Shown here: positions 27,121 to 35,828 of the stretch, in pieces
How positions within the stretch are numbered: position 1 is the first letter of the stretch
Layout: each line of letters starts with the position of its first letter
Source of the DNA: a virus
Taxonomy: Duplodnaviria > Heunggongvirae > Uroviricota > Caudoviricetes
Length of the DNA: 64,000 nt
Virus record (IMG/VR): IMGVR_UViG_3300020049_008481
Reading direction: 5' to 3' (one strand)
Notes under the pieces: generated by a model
Seen by the model: only the letters and a program-made list of their open reading frames with translations
Told to the model about the DNA's origin: nothing
Databases searched by the model: none
Position numbers and translations under genes: made by a program

Positions 27121-27324
27121 GTGGCGGCCACAAAGGCAGCCTGCATGAGCCTCTACAATTTAGAACAAGGTATCCTCGATGCGGTACTACGACCTGGATT
27201 AGAAATAGGTCCATGTTCGGAAGGCCCCATTCGGGGAATGTGCGGGCTTCTCGGAAGTCTCGGAGATGCTTGCCCCAACTGCAACCTTTGGGATCTTATT
27301 ATGCGATACAAATCTGAGGTATAA
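27121..27324 (+). CDS. hypothetical small Cys-rich protein
   Basis: ORF ending at TAAATG with the next gene. An upstream 24-codon ORF (27074..27148) overlaps it and ends in ATGA at an internal Met, so the true start may be 27145. The alternative frame 27105..27317 is not favoured. Confidence 0.35.
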   Translation: MAATKAACMSLYNLEQGILDAVLRPGLEIGPCSEGPIRGMCGLLGSLGDACPNCNLWDLIMRYKSEV

Positions 27325-27630
27325 ATGAAATTTACAATAACAGTAGAAACAACTGATCACCCTAACGATGTGATGCAGTTTCTTAAAATGCTTGATTGGC
27401 GGGCTGCACAAACTATTGTGCTGAAAATGCCCAACAATGATACCGTCACCTTAAGGGCTAGACATATGCGATTTGATATGGCCTACGAGTCTGTGAATAT
27501 GTTCCTGAGAGATATGTACACTGACAGGGGATTCGTAACCACTAGCAACCGGGCTACGCCTGGCCGCATTAGAGCGCCTAGACTTGAGGCACTGAGTATC
27601 GCTGATTCACCAGAACCCGCCAGACCATAA
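27325..27630 (+). CDS. hypothetical protein
   Basis: ORF. Confidence 0.45.
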   Translation: MKFTITVETTDHPNDVMQFLKMLDWRAAQTIVLKMPNNDTVTLRARHMRFDMAYESVNMFLRDMYTDRGFVTTSNRATPGRIRAPRLEALSIADSPEPARP

Positions 27631-27743
27631 ACTTGGATTCTGGAACTTTCGGAATAAGTTTAATAGCTGAGTGTTATACTCCGAGGATAGTAGTCTAAAA
27701 GTTAGCTTAAAAAAAGCTAGAGCTATCTATCTGAAAGGGTACT

Positions 27744-29759
27744 GTGGAGTTTTTAACATTCAAACTGTCCGATGAGTTCGTAAACACTTACAAAAAAGTT
27801 CGTCCCAACTGGGGATTAGACATAGGTGGTGGGAACTACCTATCAGAACTAGTCTTCGTCTCAAAGTATAGCCGCAAAAAGGCTGACGGGACAAAAGAAC
27901 AATGGTATGAAACATGTCGTAGATGTATTGAGGGCTACTATTCCATCTTAAAGGATAACTGCAAGCGCAACAAGACACCTTGGAATGAGTTCAAGGCGCA
28001 GAAGTCGGCAGAAGATGCTTACGCTAGAATGTTTGCATTCAAATGGACGCCGCCCGGTAGGGGCATGGCTAACATGGGGACAGAGATGGTTCATGAAGAA
28101 GGGGATATTTCAACCCTGATCAATTGCGCTGCCGTTACGACTGAAAAGATTTCACACCACTCGGCATATGAAGCAACTTTCCCATTTGTTAGACTAATGG
28201 AAATGTCAATGCGTGGTGAAGGCGTTGGGTTTGACACTCGGGGCGCAGGCAATCTCACCTTACATAACCCTACAGAAGAAACTATCGAATATGTAATCGG
28301 TGACACTAGAGAAGAATGGGCAAAATCTGTAGGTATTCTTCTGGAATCATTCTTCTTTAAGAACCGTCCCACTGTTATCTTTGATTATTCACAGATTAGA
28401 CCAGCAGGTGCCCCACTAAAGAGGTTCGGTGGGAACGCCTCAGGTCCAGGGCCACTAAAGACCCTGCACGAAACATTAGTGTCCCAGTTATCTAACCGTG
28501 AAGGTAAACTAATTACCTCACGTGACATCGTTGACATTATGAACAAGATTGGTAAAGCCGTTGTGGCCGGTGGGGCACGAAGAAGTGCGCTACTAAGCCT
28601 AGGTGATGCAAGTGACGACGATTATGTTAACTTAAAGAACTGGGAACTAGAAGAAAACAAAGAACGAACCGGAGAAGATGGATGGGCATGGACTTCAAAT
28701 AACTCCATCATTGCTCGCAACGGAGATAACCTAGATCATCTAGTTGATAAGATTGCGGTAAATGGAGAACCAGGCATTATTTGGGTTGACACCATGGCAA
28801 ACTATGGTAGACTAAAAGATCCCGCTGACTTCAAGGACAAAGCAAATCTTACAAACCCTTGTGCAGAGATTCCATTAGAATCATCAGAGCTATGCTGCCT
28901 ATCAGAACTTTATCCTGCACACCATGACTCGCTTGAAGACTTTAAAGCGTCAATGAAGCATGCGTACATGTACGCTAAGGCCGTGGTTCTTCTAACATCA
29001 CCTTGGGGTGAAACAAACGAAGTTATCACACGCAACCGACGAATCGGTGTATCAATAACGGGTGTTGTAGACTTCATCGAAAACCGTTCATGGTTTGAAA
29101 TGCAAGAATGGATGGACAAAGGATACGATTACCTAAGAGGTTTGGATAAAAAGTATTCGGCTTGGCTGGGGGTCAGGGAGTCTATTCGACTTTCCACAGG
29201 TAAGCCTGCTGGAAGCACTTCATTGATTGCTTCTACTACCTCAGGTTTTCACTGGCCTACAACCTCAGGTTTCTTCACAAGACGAATGAGATTTCATAAG
29301 GTCGATCCGATGGTGCAAATTCTTGAAGATGCCGGATACCCCATTGAACCAAGCGTAGATGACCCTACTTCAACTGTAGTTGTCGAGTTCCCCGTAACAG
29401 GGTTAAATGTTAGAAGTGAACGTGAAGTTTCTATCTGGGAGAAAGCACACTTGGCTGCGATGGGACAGAAGTATTGGTCAGATAATATGATTTCAGTCAC
29501 CGTATCCTTCGATAAGGATACCGAGGCCGATCAGATTGCGCCTCTTCTCAGATCGTTCCAGGGCAGCCTTAAGAGCGTTTCCTTCCTTCCTATCAGCAAA
29601 GAGGGTACAAGCTACGTACAGGCCCCTCTAGAGCCTTCTACGGAGGCTGAGGTGCTTGCTGCGCAATCGGGCAAGAAGCTTATTAAGTTCTATAAGTCAA
29701 AGTTAAATGAAGCACAGGGTGAGCGTTTCTGTAACACTGACCATTGTGAAATTCCTTAG
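27744..29759 (+). CDS. ribonucleotide reductase catalytic subunit (single-chain, probably class II / NrdJ-like)
   Basis: NPCAEIPL active-site Cys/Glu motif and VVAGGARRSALL (GG.RRGA) motif. The 671-aa size and absence of an adjacent NrdB favour class II. Confidence 0.65.
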   Translation: MEFLTFKLSDEFVNTYKKVRPNWGLDIGGGNYLSELVFVSKYSRKKADGTKEQWYETCRRCIEGYYSILKDNCKRNKTPWNEFKAQKSAEDAYARMFAFKWTPPGRGMANMGTEMVHEEGDISTLINCAAVTTEKISHHSAYEATFPFVRLMEMSMRGEGVGFDTRGAGNLTLHNPTEETIEYVIGDTREEWAKSVGILLESFFFKNRPTVIFDYSQIRPAGAPLKRFGGNASGPGPLKTLHETLVSQLSNREGKLITSRDIVDIMNKIGKAVVAGGARRSALLSLGDASDDDYVNLKNWELEENKERTGEDGWAWTSNNSIIARNGDNLDHLVDKIAVNGEPGIIWVDTMANYGRLKDPADFKDKANLTNPCAEIPLESSELCCLSELYPAHHDSLEDFKASMKHAYMYAKAVVLLTSPWGETNEVITRNRRIGVSITGVVDFIENRSWFEMQEWMDKGYDYLRGLDKKYSAWLGVRESIRLSTGKPAGSTSLIASTTSGFHWPTTSGFFTRRMRFHKVDPMVQILEDAGYPIEPSVDDPTSTVVVEFPVTGLNVRSEREVSIWEKAHLAAMGQKYWSDNMISVTVSFDKDTEADQIAPLLRSFQGSLKSVSFLPISKEGTSYVQAPLEPSTEAEVLAAQSGKKLIKFYKSKLNEAQGERFCNTDHCEIP

Positions 29760-29766
29760 GAGATAA

Positions 29767-30315
29767 ATGGGTTTCCAAGATAGAAAGTTTAGAACTGCAA
29801 AGGCAGAAATTGAACGAGCCAACCAGTTCATCCAATCAATATGGGCCACAACGGGTGGCACCGTAACAACCTCTGAAAAGGTAGATATGACAGAACCAGA
29901 TTTAAATGAATCTATACAAGATTTTACAAGAAAGCTAATTGACCAGGCAAAGCTAATTGGAGAAAATCCAACATCGGATAGACTAACACTAGACGAGTAT
30001 CAACGCAGGACTCAGGACACCGCAGTTTACCCCGGCAAAGGCAGCACGCTCGGTTTGTACTATACTGCTCTAGGATTAGGTGAAGCGGGCGAAGTTCAGG
30101 GTAAAGTAAAAAAGATCATTCGGGACGACAATAGCGTCTTAACAGACGAGAAAAAGACAGCTATAGCCAAAGAGCTAGGAGATATATTGTGGTATTGCGC
30201 AGCCTTAGCTTGTGAATTAGGTCTATCATTGGGTGAAATAGCAGAAGCTAATCTTAGCAAACTTGCCTCACGCAAAGAACGTGGAGCAATACAAGGGAGT
30301 GGCGATGACCGCTAA
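29767..30315 (+). CDS. MazG-like nucleoside triphosphate pyrophosphohydrolase
   Basis: GLGEAGEVQGK (EExxE-type helix) and ELGDILWYCAALA motifs typical of the MazG/HisE all-alpha NTP-PPase fold. Confidence 0.7.
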   Translation: MGFQDRKFRTAKAEIERANQFIQSIWATTGGTVTTSEKVDMTEPDLNESIQDFTRKLIDQAKLIGENPTSDRLTLDEYQRRTQDTAVYPGKGSTLGLYYTALGLGEAGEVQGKVKKIIRDDNSVLTDEKKTAIAKELGDILWYCAALACELGLSLGEIAEANLSKLASRKERGAIQGSGDDR

Positions 30316-30467
30316 GTGGGAGTCAGATGGGATATCTATTTACAAGAATGGGCGAGTAGTAGCAGCCTGCATCGACACCCCACAGCAGCCGCCCTAGTAC
30401 AAGCTATTCGCAATGAAGATTACTGTCCATTCGATTGTGAATCTTGCCATGAGGATGATGATTACAT

Positions 30468-30806
30468 ATGATTTACTTAACAGATGCAGATTTCTACGAA
30501 ACAATTGCAGCGAACAACCTGGTGCTAGTTGATTTCTATGCTGACTGGTGCGGCCCATGCAGGATGATGGAACCAATACTAGAAGACTTCGCTAGCGATA
30601 ATCAAGATATCATCGTAGCCAAAGTCGACGTTGACGAAAATCGCATTCTCGTTGAAGACTTAGGGGTGCAAAGCATGCCAACTCTTCTTCTATTTAAGGA
30701 TGGTTGGGAAGTTAATAGAGTATCCGGGGCGATGGGGCGCACTCAATTAGATGCATTCGTCGTAGCTCACGAACTCCCATTTGTAGGGGTTGACAATCGG
30801 ACTTAG
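30468..30806 (+). CDS. thioredoxin
   Basis: LVDFYADWCGPCRMMEP WCGPC active site; 112 aa. Confidence 0.8.
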   Translation: MIYLTDADFYETIAANNLVLVDFYADWCGPCRMMEPILEDFASDNQDIIVAKVDVDENRILVEDLGVQSMPTLLLFKDGWEVNRVSGAMGRTQLDAFVVAHELPFVGVDNRT

Positions 30807-30818
30807 ATAGTATATACT
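30790..30818 (+). promoter_or_regulatory. sigma70-like promoter TTGACA-17-TATACT, followed by a CTGGA/TCCAG hairpin
   Basis: Exact -35 consensus overlapping the last codons of the thioredoxin gene; 17-nt spacer; TATACT -10. Confidence 0.45.
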
Positions 30819-30979
30819 AAGGCTCTGGAACTCAAAGTCCAGTGCCTATACGAGTGTTAGTATAAAAGGTATTACGCAACTAGAATCAAATACTTTCCCA
30901 AAAAGTAACTCCAAACATTTCCACTAAGATTCTTACGAAATGCAAGTTCGATCCTTGCACACTCGGCTGCCAACAACCG

Positions 30980-31216
30980 TTGGCTGAAACACAAGCTAAA
31001 CAACAGGAGAAACAAACAATGGCAAGAAACACTATTCGTGTTAACAAGCGTACCCTACAGCGTCAGTACAATCAGTGGCTGCGTGGTGACCGTTCGAAGA
31101 TGGTTATCGAGCGTGAGGACTACGGCAATACTACTGCTCGTGGTGGCCTCATTACCCGGCTGTGGTCAACACAGCTTGGACTGTCGTCTACTCGGGCAGT
31201 CAAGGCCGCTGCGTAA
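30980..31216 (+). CDS. hypothetical basic small protein
   Basis: ORF downstream of a candidate promoter. Confidence 0.4.
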   Translation: MAETQAKQQEKQTMARNTIRVNKRTLQRQYNQWLRGDRSKMVIEREDYGNTTARGGLITRLWSTQLGLSSTRAVKAAA

Positions 31217-31414
31217 CTAGGTGCAAGGATGAGTACAAAAGCATTTCTAATCTGCCTCGTTATAGAGTTAGTAATAGCTTTTGTGCTCATCTTGTATTTC
31301 CTATAGGATATGCGTTTCGTTGTAAAAGGCTTATCATCTACTTGGGGCAAGGCGGATGTCCATTGGACGTGGATAAAGCAGGGTTGCCCATTTAAACCTG
31401 AAAGTCTTATCTCA

Positions 31415-31478
31415 ATCCAATTGTTGGGATACATGCTGCAATACAAACATATTATCCCAACAATTGGATTTTTGTTTC
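31415..31478 (+). terminator. rho-independent terminator-like element: perfect 17-bp inverted repeat (ATCCAATTGTTGGGATA ... TATCCCAACAATTGGAT) with 21-nt loop, followed by TTTTTGTTT
   Basis: Read directly; in the coding-poor gap between 30980..31216 and the SPFH gene. Confidence 0.45.
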
Positions 31479-31501
31479 ACTTTACTAAGAAAGAAGTTTA
31501 A

Positions 31502-32503
31502 TTGATCAAGTTTATTATTGCTCTAACATGCCTAATTGCATTTTTAGGTCTCATCATCTACAAGAAAGTGGCTGGCGACGAAAGCGTCGGCGTAAAAACA
31601 GGGATAGGAGTTGCAGGCGGACTAACCGTGCTGTTCCTTCTTCTCTCAATGTTCAGAGTGGTCCCGGCTAACCATGTTGGTGTCCCCGTTTCTATGGGCC
31701 ATATCGGACCTGCGTTGGGTTCAGGTATCCACCTAGAATTACCTTGGACTAAGATTGAAACCTTAAAGACCACAGTTGAAGAACTTTCAATGCTTAAGGC
31801 TAAAGATGAAGGCGATGCGGCAAAGGATGACAGTATCTCCATCATCGCCAAAGGTGGCGGCTCAATGAGTGTAGATGAGACTGTCCGATATGTAGTCGAT
31901 GAGAAGCAGGCCAGAGAACTATATAAGACCGCAGGGTCTATGGCTGCAATCAAGGACCGTTTCATTCGCCCCGACGCCCGCTCAGTTACAAGGGACGTGT
32001 TTGCCCTGTACACAGCGGAACAGGGGTACGGTGATAAGCGTGGAGAGATTTCTCTAGAAATTGAAAAGAGACTCCGGCCACGTCTAGCCGCAAGAGGCAT
32101 TCTTCTGGATTCTGTTACAATCAGGGATGTTAATCCAGAGGCTCGTGTGCTGACAGATATTAATGCCATTCTATCTGCACGCAATCAGGCTGTCCAGGCC
32201 ACGGAAGTCCAGAAGAAGTCTGTTACTGAAGCGGAAACTAAGCGCCAGGTTGCCGAAAAGACTGCCGCAGAGGCCGTCGTAAGGGCGCAGGGTGAAGCAG
32301 ATGCTTTGGCTATTGCATCACAGGCTCAGGCCGATTCTAACAAGCGTGTAGCTCAGTCCTTAACGCCTGAACTACTTAGCTATAAGATTGCACAGGCTTG
32401 TTCCGATGCTATTAAGAACACTGGCGCAACTGTTGTTAACATCTGTGGCGTTGGTTCTGCAAGTCCCGGCTCAGGCAGCCCTGTTATTGTAAATGGCAAG
32501 TAG
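31502..32503 (+). CDS. SPFH / band-7 (prohibitin-HflK/C-like) domain membrane protein with an Ala-rich coiled-coil C-terminus
   Basis: N-terminal TM helix, then VVPANHVGVPVSMGHIGPALGSGIHLELPW typical of the SPFH domain core. Confidence 0.55.
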   Translation: MIKFIIALTCLIAFLGLIIYKKVAGDESVGVKTGIGVAGGLTVLFLLLSMFRVVPANHVGVPVSMGHIGPALGSGIHLELPWTKIETLKTTVEELSMLKAKDEGDAAKDDSISIIAKGGGSMSVDETVRYVVDEKQARELYKTAGSMAAIKDRFIRPDARSVTRDVFALYTAEQGYGDKRGEISLEIEKRLRPRLAARGILLDSVTIRDVNPEARVLTDINAILSARNQAVQATEVQKKSVTEAETKRQVAEKTAAEAVVRAQGEADALAIASQAQADSNKRVAQSLTPELLSYKIAQACSDAIKNTGATVVNICGVGSASPGSGSPVIVNGK

Positions 32504-32504
32504 C

Positions 32505-32533
32505 TTGACAAAGTAAGTTTGATAGTGTAAGAT
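32505..32533 (+). promoter_or_regulatory. sigma70-like promoter TTGACA-17-TAAGAT positioned to start transcription at the tRNA 5' end
   Basis: -10 ends 6 nt before tRNA position 1. Confidence 0.4.
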
Positions 32534-32539
32534 GGTATC

Positions 32540-32613
32540 AGCGTGGTAGAGCAGTCTGGTAGCTCGTCTGGCTCATAACCAGAAGGTCGCAGGTTCAAAT
32601 CCTGTCCACGCCA
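32540..32613 (+). tRNA. tRNA-Met (anticodon CAT; could equally be an initiator or lysidine-type Ile2)
   Basis: Manual cloverleaf: acceptor AGCGTGG/CCACGCC with A1-C72 mismatch; D-stem GAGC/GCTC; anticodon stem TCTGG/CCAGA with loop CTCATAA; 5-nt variable loop; T-arm GCAGG-TTCAAAT-CCTGT; discriminator A; CCA not encoded. Confidence 0.7.
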
Positions 32614-33242
32614 CTAGCTTCGTAAGGGTTGGCAACAGTTAGTAGGCTTGCCGAATGTAACTGTTGTGTGTATCAGCAACCCTTAGCAAGCTTTCAAGGG
32701 GGTGAGAGTTGGCTTCGCCACCGAAAGTTAGTGTGTAAGTGTTTGACTCATCTTAACTGGCAGAGATGTAAAACGGCTAGTACAAAAATAGATGTCGATA
32801 ATATCGCATCGAAGAGCTCAGCCGCAATTTGGGCTGAGCTTGACGCTCTAGAGCTTTCACTAGTCTAGTAAGCGGGGGGGGTTGGTTAAACCTTTTTATC
32901 CAATTAGCCTGACGACCCGAAAAGACGGGTGGGCATCCTGGGGAGACAGGACAGAGGGTTAAACTGTAAAGTAATCTATGACTGCTGGAAAGACAGTGAA
33001 AGGTGACCCACCTACCTTGAAGTGGGAATAGTCATATGATACTACATGTTAGTTCGGTGTACTTCGCTTCGAACGCGAACACCTCCACCAAATGTATTTA
33101 ACTCCCAAATGGACCATGATAAGCTTATATGAGCATTATGCGATCTATCCATTCTGCAGGCTATCATGGGTCCAAAACAAATGGACTGTTACAATGTTAA
33201 ATAAAACCAAATCTAAATTTTCATGCGAAGGTTCCAGGTTGA

Positions 33243-33551
33243 ATGCCAAGGAAGATTTACCTTCCAACTGGATTTACGTTTCTAAACGAGGTTAAAATGG
33301 TATGGCTTACTGGCACCATTATAGGTGTTATTTGTTTCACTTTTCTCAACGTAGAATTAGGTGTGACTTTTAAACCGAACCTATTCACCGTGCTATGGTT
33401 ACTGAATTTGATTCTAGTATCATACATGTTTTGGCCTATACTAGTTGCTCTACTAGTAGGCTACTTAGCTGATGTTAAGTGGCAGATATCTAGAAAGATT
33501 GCTATTAAAGCATATGAGACTTTACAGAATTTCAATACCACCGCTCAATAA
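33243..33551 (+). CDS. membrane protein (2-3 TM)
   Basis: ORF with hydrophobic helices; start uncertain (alternative Met at 33297). Confidence 0.4.
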   Translation: MPRKIYLPTGFTFLNEVKMVWLTGTIIGVICFTFLNVELGVTFKPNLFTVLWLLNLILVSYMFWPILVALLVGYLADVKWQISRKIAIKAYETLQNFNTTAQ

Positions 33552-33582
33552 CAGACACATGTTTTTTGTGGCAGAAGGTAAG

Positions 33583-33819
33583 ATGCATGCTAAGTTAATG
33601 TACTCTACGCTGCCAGAATTGAAGAGAGCGCCGGGGTTTAGGGAAATGAAAGACTTAATTTGCGGGGAGGTTGCGCTACCACATGTGCCTTTGGATAGTG
33701 CTGGGATAGTAAGATTTAATAACGGCTCCATTATGGTTGCCTACGGCCCTGGAGACTCTAAGAATTCAACAGTGATTAATTACGGCTGTCCAGTGTGGAC
33801 GTATGTAGGAGTACAATGA
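33583..33819 (+). CDS. hypothetical small protein (internal start of track ORF 33472..33819)
   Basis: ATG preceded by gaaggtaag RBS 6 nt upstream; avoids overlap with the upstream gene. Confidence 0.35.
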   Translation: MHAKLMYSTLPELKRAPGFREMKDLICGEVALPHVPLDSAGIVRFNNGSIMVAYGPGDSKNSTVINYGCPVWTYVGVQ

Positions 33820-33900
33820 TAAAATTAATTGTAGCTGCAGTTATAATCTTATTAGGGCTATGCGCATGGGATTTAAAGACGAACATCACGGAATTCTTCC

Positions 33901-34395
33901 GTGATTTCTAGACCTAAGTTTTGGATAGATGAGAATAGGGCTAAAGAGGCTGAGAAAAGAGGCATCGGTATTTATATGGGGAACGGCCCAAAGCCGGTGC
34001 CGGAAGGTGAAGAGCCTAATGTCTATGTTTCTCTAGTCTCCCCTGGCATGCATGCCCCATGTATAGACATTGATCTACCATGCAGACTAATCGAATCCAA
34101 AACACCTGGCCACTTCCATTTATATATTGACACTGTGATACCGGAAGATAAATACTTTCCAATGCTTAAAGCCATGGCTGATGCGAAGATTGTGCAGTCA
34201 GGCTACTACCACGCATCCGTTAAACATGGGATGACAGTAGTCAGAATTCAGTTTAAAGATAAAATAAAAAGCATTATTGAACGATATAGACAAACAGGAG
34301 ATGCACTAGCTGATGATCTTGACGAAGATACCAATGCATTTTGTTCAGATCTACCTAAGAAAGAGAGACAAAATGAACCACTGGATAACTTCTAG
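33901..34395 (+). CDS. hypothetical protein
   Basis: ORF. Confidence 0.45.
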   Translation: MISRPKFWIDENRAKEAEKRGIGIYMGNGPKPVPEGEEPNVYVSLVSPGMHAPCIDIDLPCRLIESKTPGHFHLYIDTVIPEDKYFPMLKAMADAKIVQSGYYHASVKHGMTVVRIQFKDKIKSIIERYRQTGDALADDLDEDTNAFCSDLPKKERQNEPLDNF

Positions 34396-34726
34396 TGCCG
34401 TCAGACGTGTCACGGTAGGTGACCACACCTTCACCGTAAAGGTTGCAGACACTCCTGAGAGCCGCACAGTGGGGCTACTCGGCTTAGACTCTGCAGACCT
34501 AGATGTTGCAGCAGTCCTGTTCGACTGCGGGAGAATGTGGTACACCCCTTTCACGGCAGACGGTATGAGGTTTGATTTTCATATTGCATGGTATGATGAA
34601 GATGGCGGCATAGTAGACGCTGCTTTCATCACTAAAGATCACCGTGGGCCTATTTGGCCTCAGTCTGATTATAGGTATGTTCTTGAATCCAATCAAGAAA
34701 TCCCACAAGGAAGGTTAAAGTTGTGA
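34373..34726 (+). CDS. hypothetical protein (internal start of 34313..34726)
   Basis: ORF; last gene of the + strand block. Confidence 0.4.
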   Translation: MNHWITSSAVRRVTVGDHTFTVKVADTPESRTVGLLGLDSADLDVAAVLFDCGRMWYTPFTADGMRFDFHIAWYDEDGGIVDAAFITKDHRGPIWPQSDYRYVLESNQEIPQGRLKL

Positions 34727-34784
34727 TTAAAAAGGTAAATAAATGGATTAGGATAGATTGGACCCAGCCTCTTACTAAAGAATT

Positions 34785-35246
34785 TCAACTACAAGCTTCA
34801 AACGATGTTAAAGAAACTCGTCTACCTTCCGTGTAATATAACCAAGAAATACCTAACAGCATTGGTTGGTATTTCTTCTTATCTGAATGAACTAATAGAT
34901 GACATTTATTACACAAGTAAATCAGGTTCAAGAGAGAGTTGGTACACTCCTGCTCGCTACGATAATAAATGTGATGAACCTCTTTACCGGGGGCACCACA
35001 ACCACGACAAACCCGATCACGTTCCACTATAGCAGGTCGAATTAACTCATATTCACGATCGAACGCAGACAACTTCACTGTTTTAGTTTTAACTTTAACT
35101 AGGGGCTTGCAGGTTTCTTCACAGAAATACTGCAAGCCCCTTTTTTTCATTTCTTTTTTATTGAAATGTCCTCTACAGCGTCCACACCGTACCTGCATTT
35201 TTAGAGGCGCAAAGCGGGTGGCATCGTGAATAGTGCTGTAACCCAA
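34785..35246 (-). CDS. HNH endonuclease
   Basis: CRGCGAPGKEVHHIYYRSEQ...NLIYLCNKCHLLVH HNH motif plus N-terminal CxxC pairs. The start may instead be the internal MKKRG, which would remove the 45-nt overlap with the PRTase gene. Confidence 0.6.
   Translation of the reverse strand: MGYSTIHDATRFAPLKMQVRCGRCRGHFNKKEMKKRGLQYFCEETCKPLVKVKTKTVKLSAFDREYELIRPAIVERDRVCRGCGAPGKEVHHIYYRSEQECTNSLLNLIYLCNKCHLLVHSDKKKYQPMLLGISWLYYTEGRRVSLTSFEACS
35102..35147 (+). terminator. rho-independent terminator (GGGGCTTGCAG ... CTGCAAGCCCC + TTTTTTT) for the + strand block, embedded in the 5' coding region of the convergent HNH gene
   Basis: 11-bp perfect GC-rich stem, 17-nt loop, T7 run on the + strand. Confidence 0.55.
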
Positions 35247-35581
35247 TTGGGTACAGGGTTTCTAGCAAATAGGACTGCACTCTGGCAGTCAGCAGTCAGC
35301 TTGCCCATCATGTCAATATATGAACGCATGGAACCACCAGTGGTCCACACATCATCTACTACTAGAGGACCAAACCCTTTTCGGGAATACTTCTTTAACG
35401 CCTTAGCGAACGGGACTCCACCAGTAGGGACGCCCCAGACCTCATCGAATGGCCTGATGCACTCTACTAACATTAAAGCTACTCCATCCCAGTCTTGATC
35501 ACTTAGAGCGTCACATTCAATTTTCCATCCACTACTAGCTCCGCTTGCTAAGGTAAAATCACCTACCTCAAATAGTTGCAT
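35201..35581 (-). CDS. type-I phosphoribosyltransferase (PRTase) domain protein, 126 aa
   Basis: LVVDDVWTTGGSM PRPP-binding motif (hydrophobic-DD-hydrophobic-x-T-G-G-S) and upstream FTLASGASS flexible-loop-like block. Confidence 0.55.
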   Translation of the reverse strand: MQLFEVGDFTLASGASSGWKIECDALSDQDWDGVALMLVECIRPFDEVWGVPTGGVPFAKALKKYSRKGFGPLVVDDVWTTGGSMRSYIDMMGKLTADCQSAVLFARNPVPNWVTALFTMPPALRL

Positions 35582-35828
35582 TTAATCCCATCCTCACTAA
35601 CTTCCTTCGTTCTTTACTATTAAACCCACCCCATATGCCGTAGTTGATATCTTTCCTGAGCGCATAGTCTAAGCATTGCTCTTTAACGGGACACGAGTTG
35701 CAGAATCGCATGGCTGGCCCCTTATCTTTCTCGTCCTCGGGGAAAAAGATATCGTAGTCAGCAGTAGCAGCGCCTGAGGCGCAAGCTGCTTCATCCATCC
35801 ACGGCTCAGAGTCTATAATAAAACTCAT
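35568..35828 (-). CDS. WhiB-like Fe-S transcriptional regulator
   Basis: C-x(n)-C-x2-C-x5-C (CASG...CNSCPVKEQC) and GIWGG turn motif characteristic of the actinobacterial WhiB family. Confidence 0.75.
   Translation of the reverse strand: MSFIIDSEPWMDEAACASGAATADYDIFFPEDEKDKGPAMRFCNSCPVKEQCLDYALRKDINYGIWGGFNSKERRKLVRMGLNATI

Noticed and set aside
27105-27317. Alternative frame ORF overlapping 27121..27324
   Set aside because: Arg/Ser-rich low-complexity translation. The competing frame ends in a TAAATG junction with the next gene and has a coupled upstream mini-ORF.
27744-29759. Intein in the RNR gene, a common intein host
   Set aside because: The RNR reading frame is contiguous with no Hint blocks and has a normal size for a single-chain enzyme. 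The RNR-like fragment at 23076 is not an intein product.
32540-32613. tRNA as an attP / integration module
   Set aside because: No integrase or excisionase is present in the window and no duplicated tRNA 3' segment was recognised. The lysogeny role is unsupported.
32629-32868. 79-aa ORF downstream of the tRNA
   Set aside because: No convincing start codon or RBS. The region is dominated by hairpins and a G8 run. It is treated as non-coding, structured RNA or DNA.
33004-33092. Possible second tRNA ending in an encoded CCA
   Set aside because: A T-arm-like hairpin and CACCTCC-A-CCA 3' end are present. No complementary 5' acceptor strand exists, and the putative anticodon loop has A at position 33, so a canonical cloverleaf cannot be drawn. 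Kept only as a tRNA-like element in the findings.
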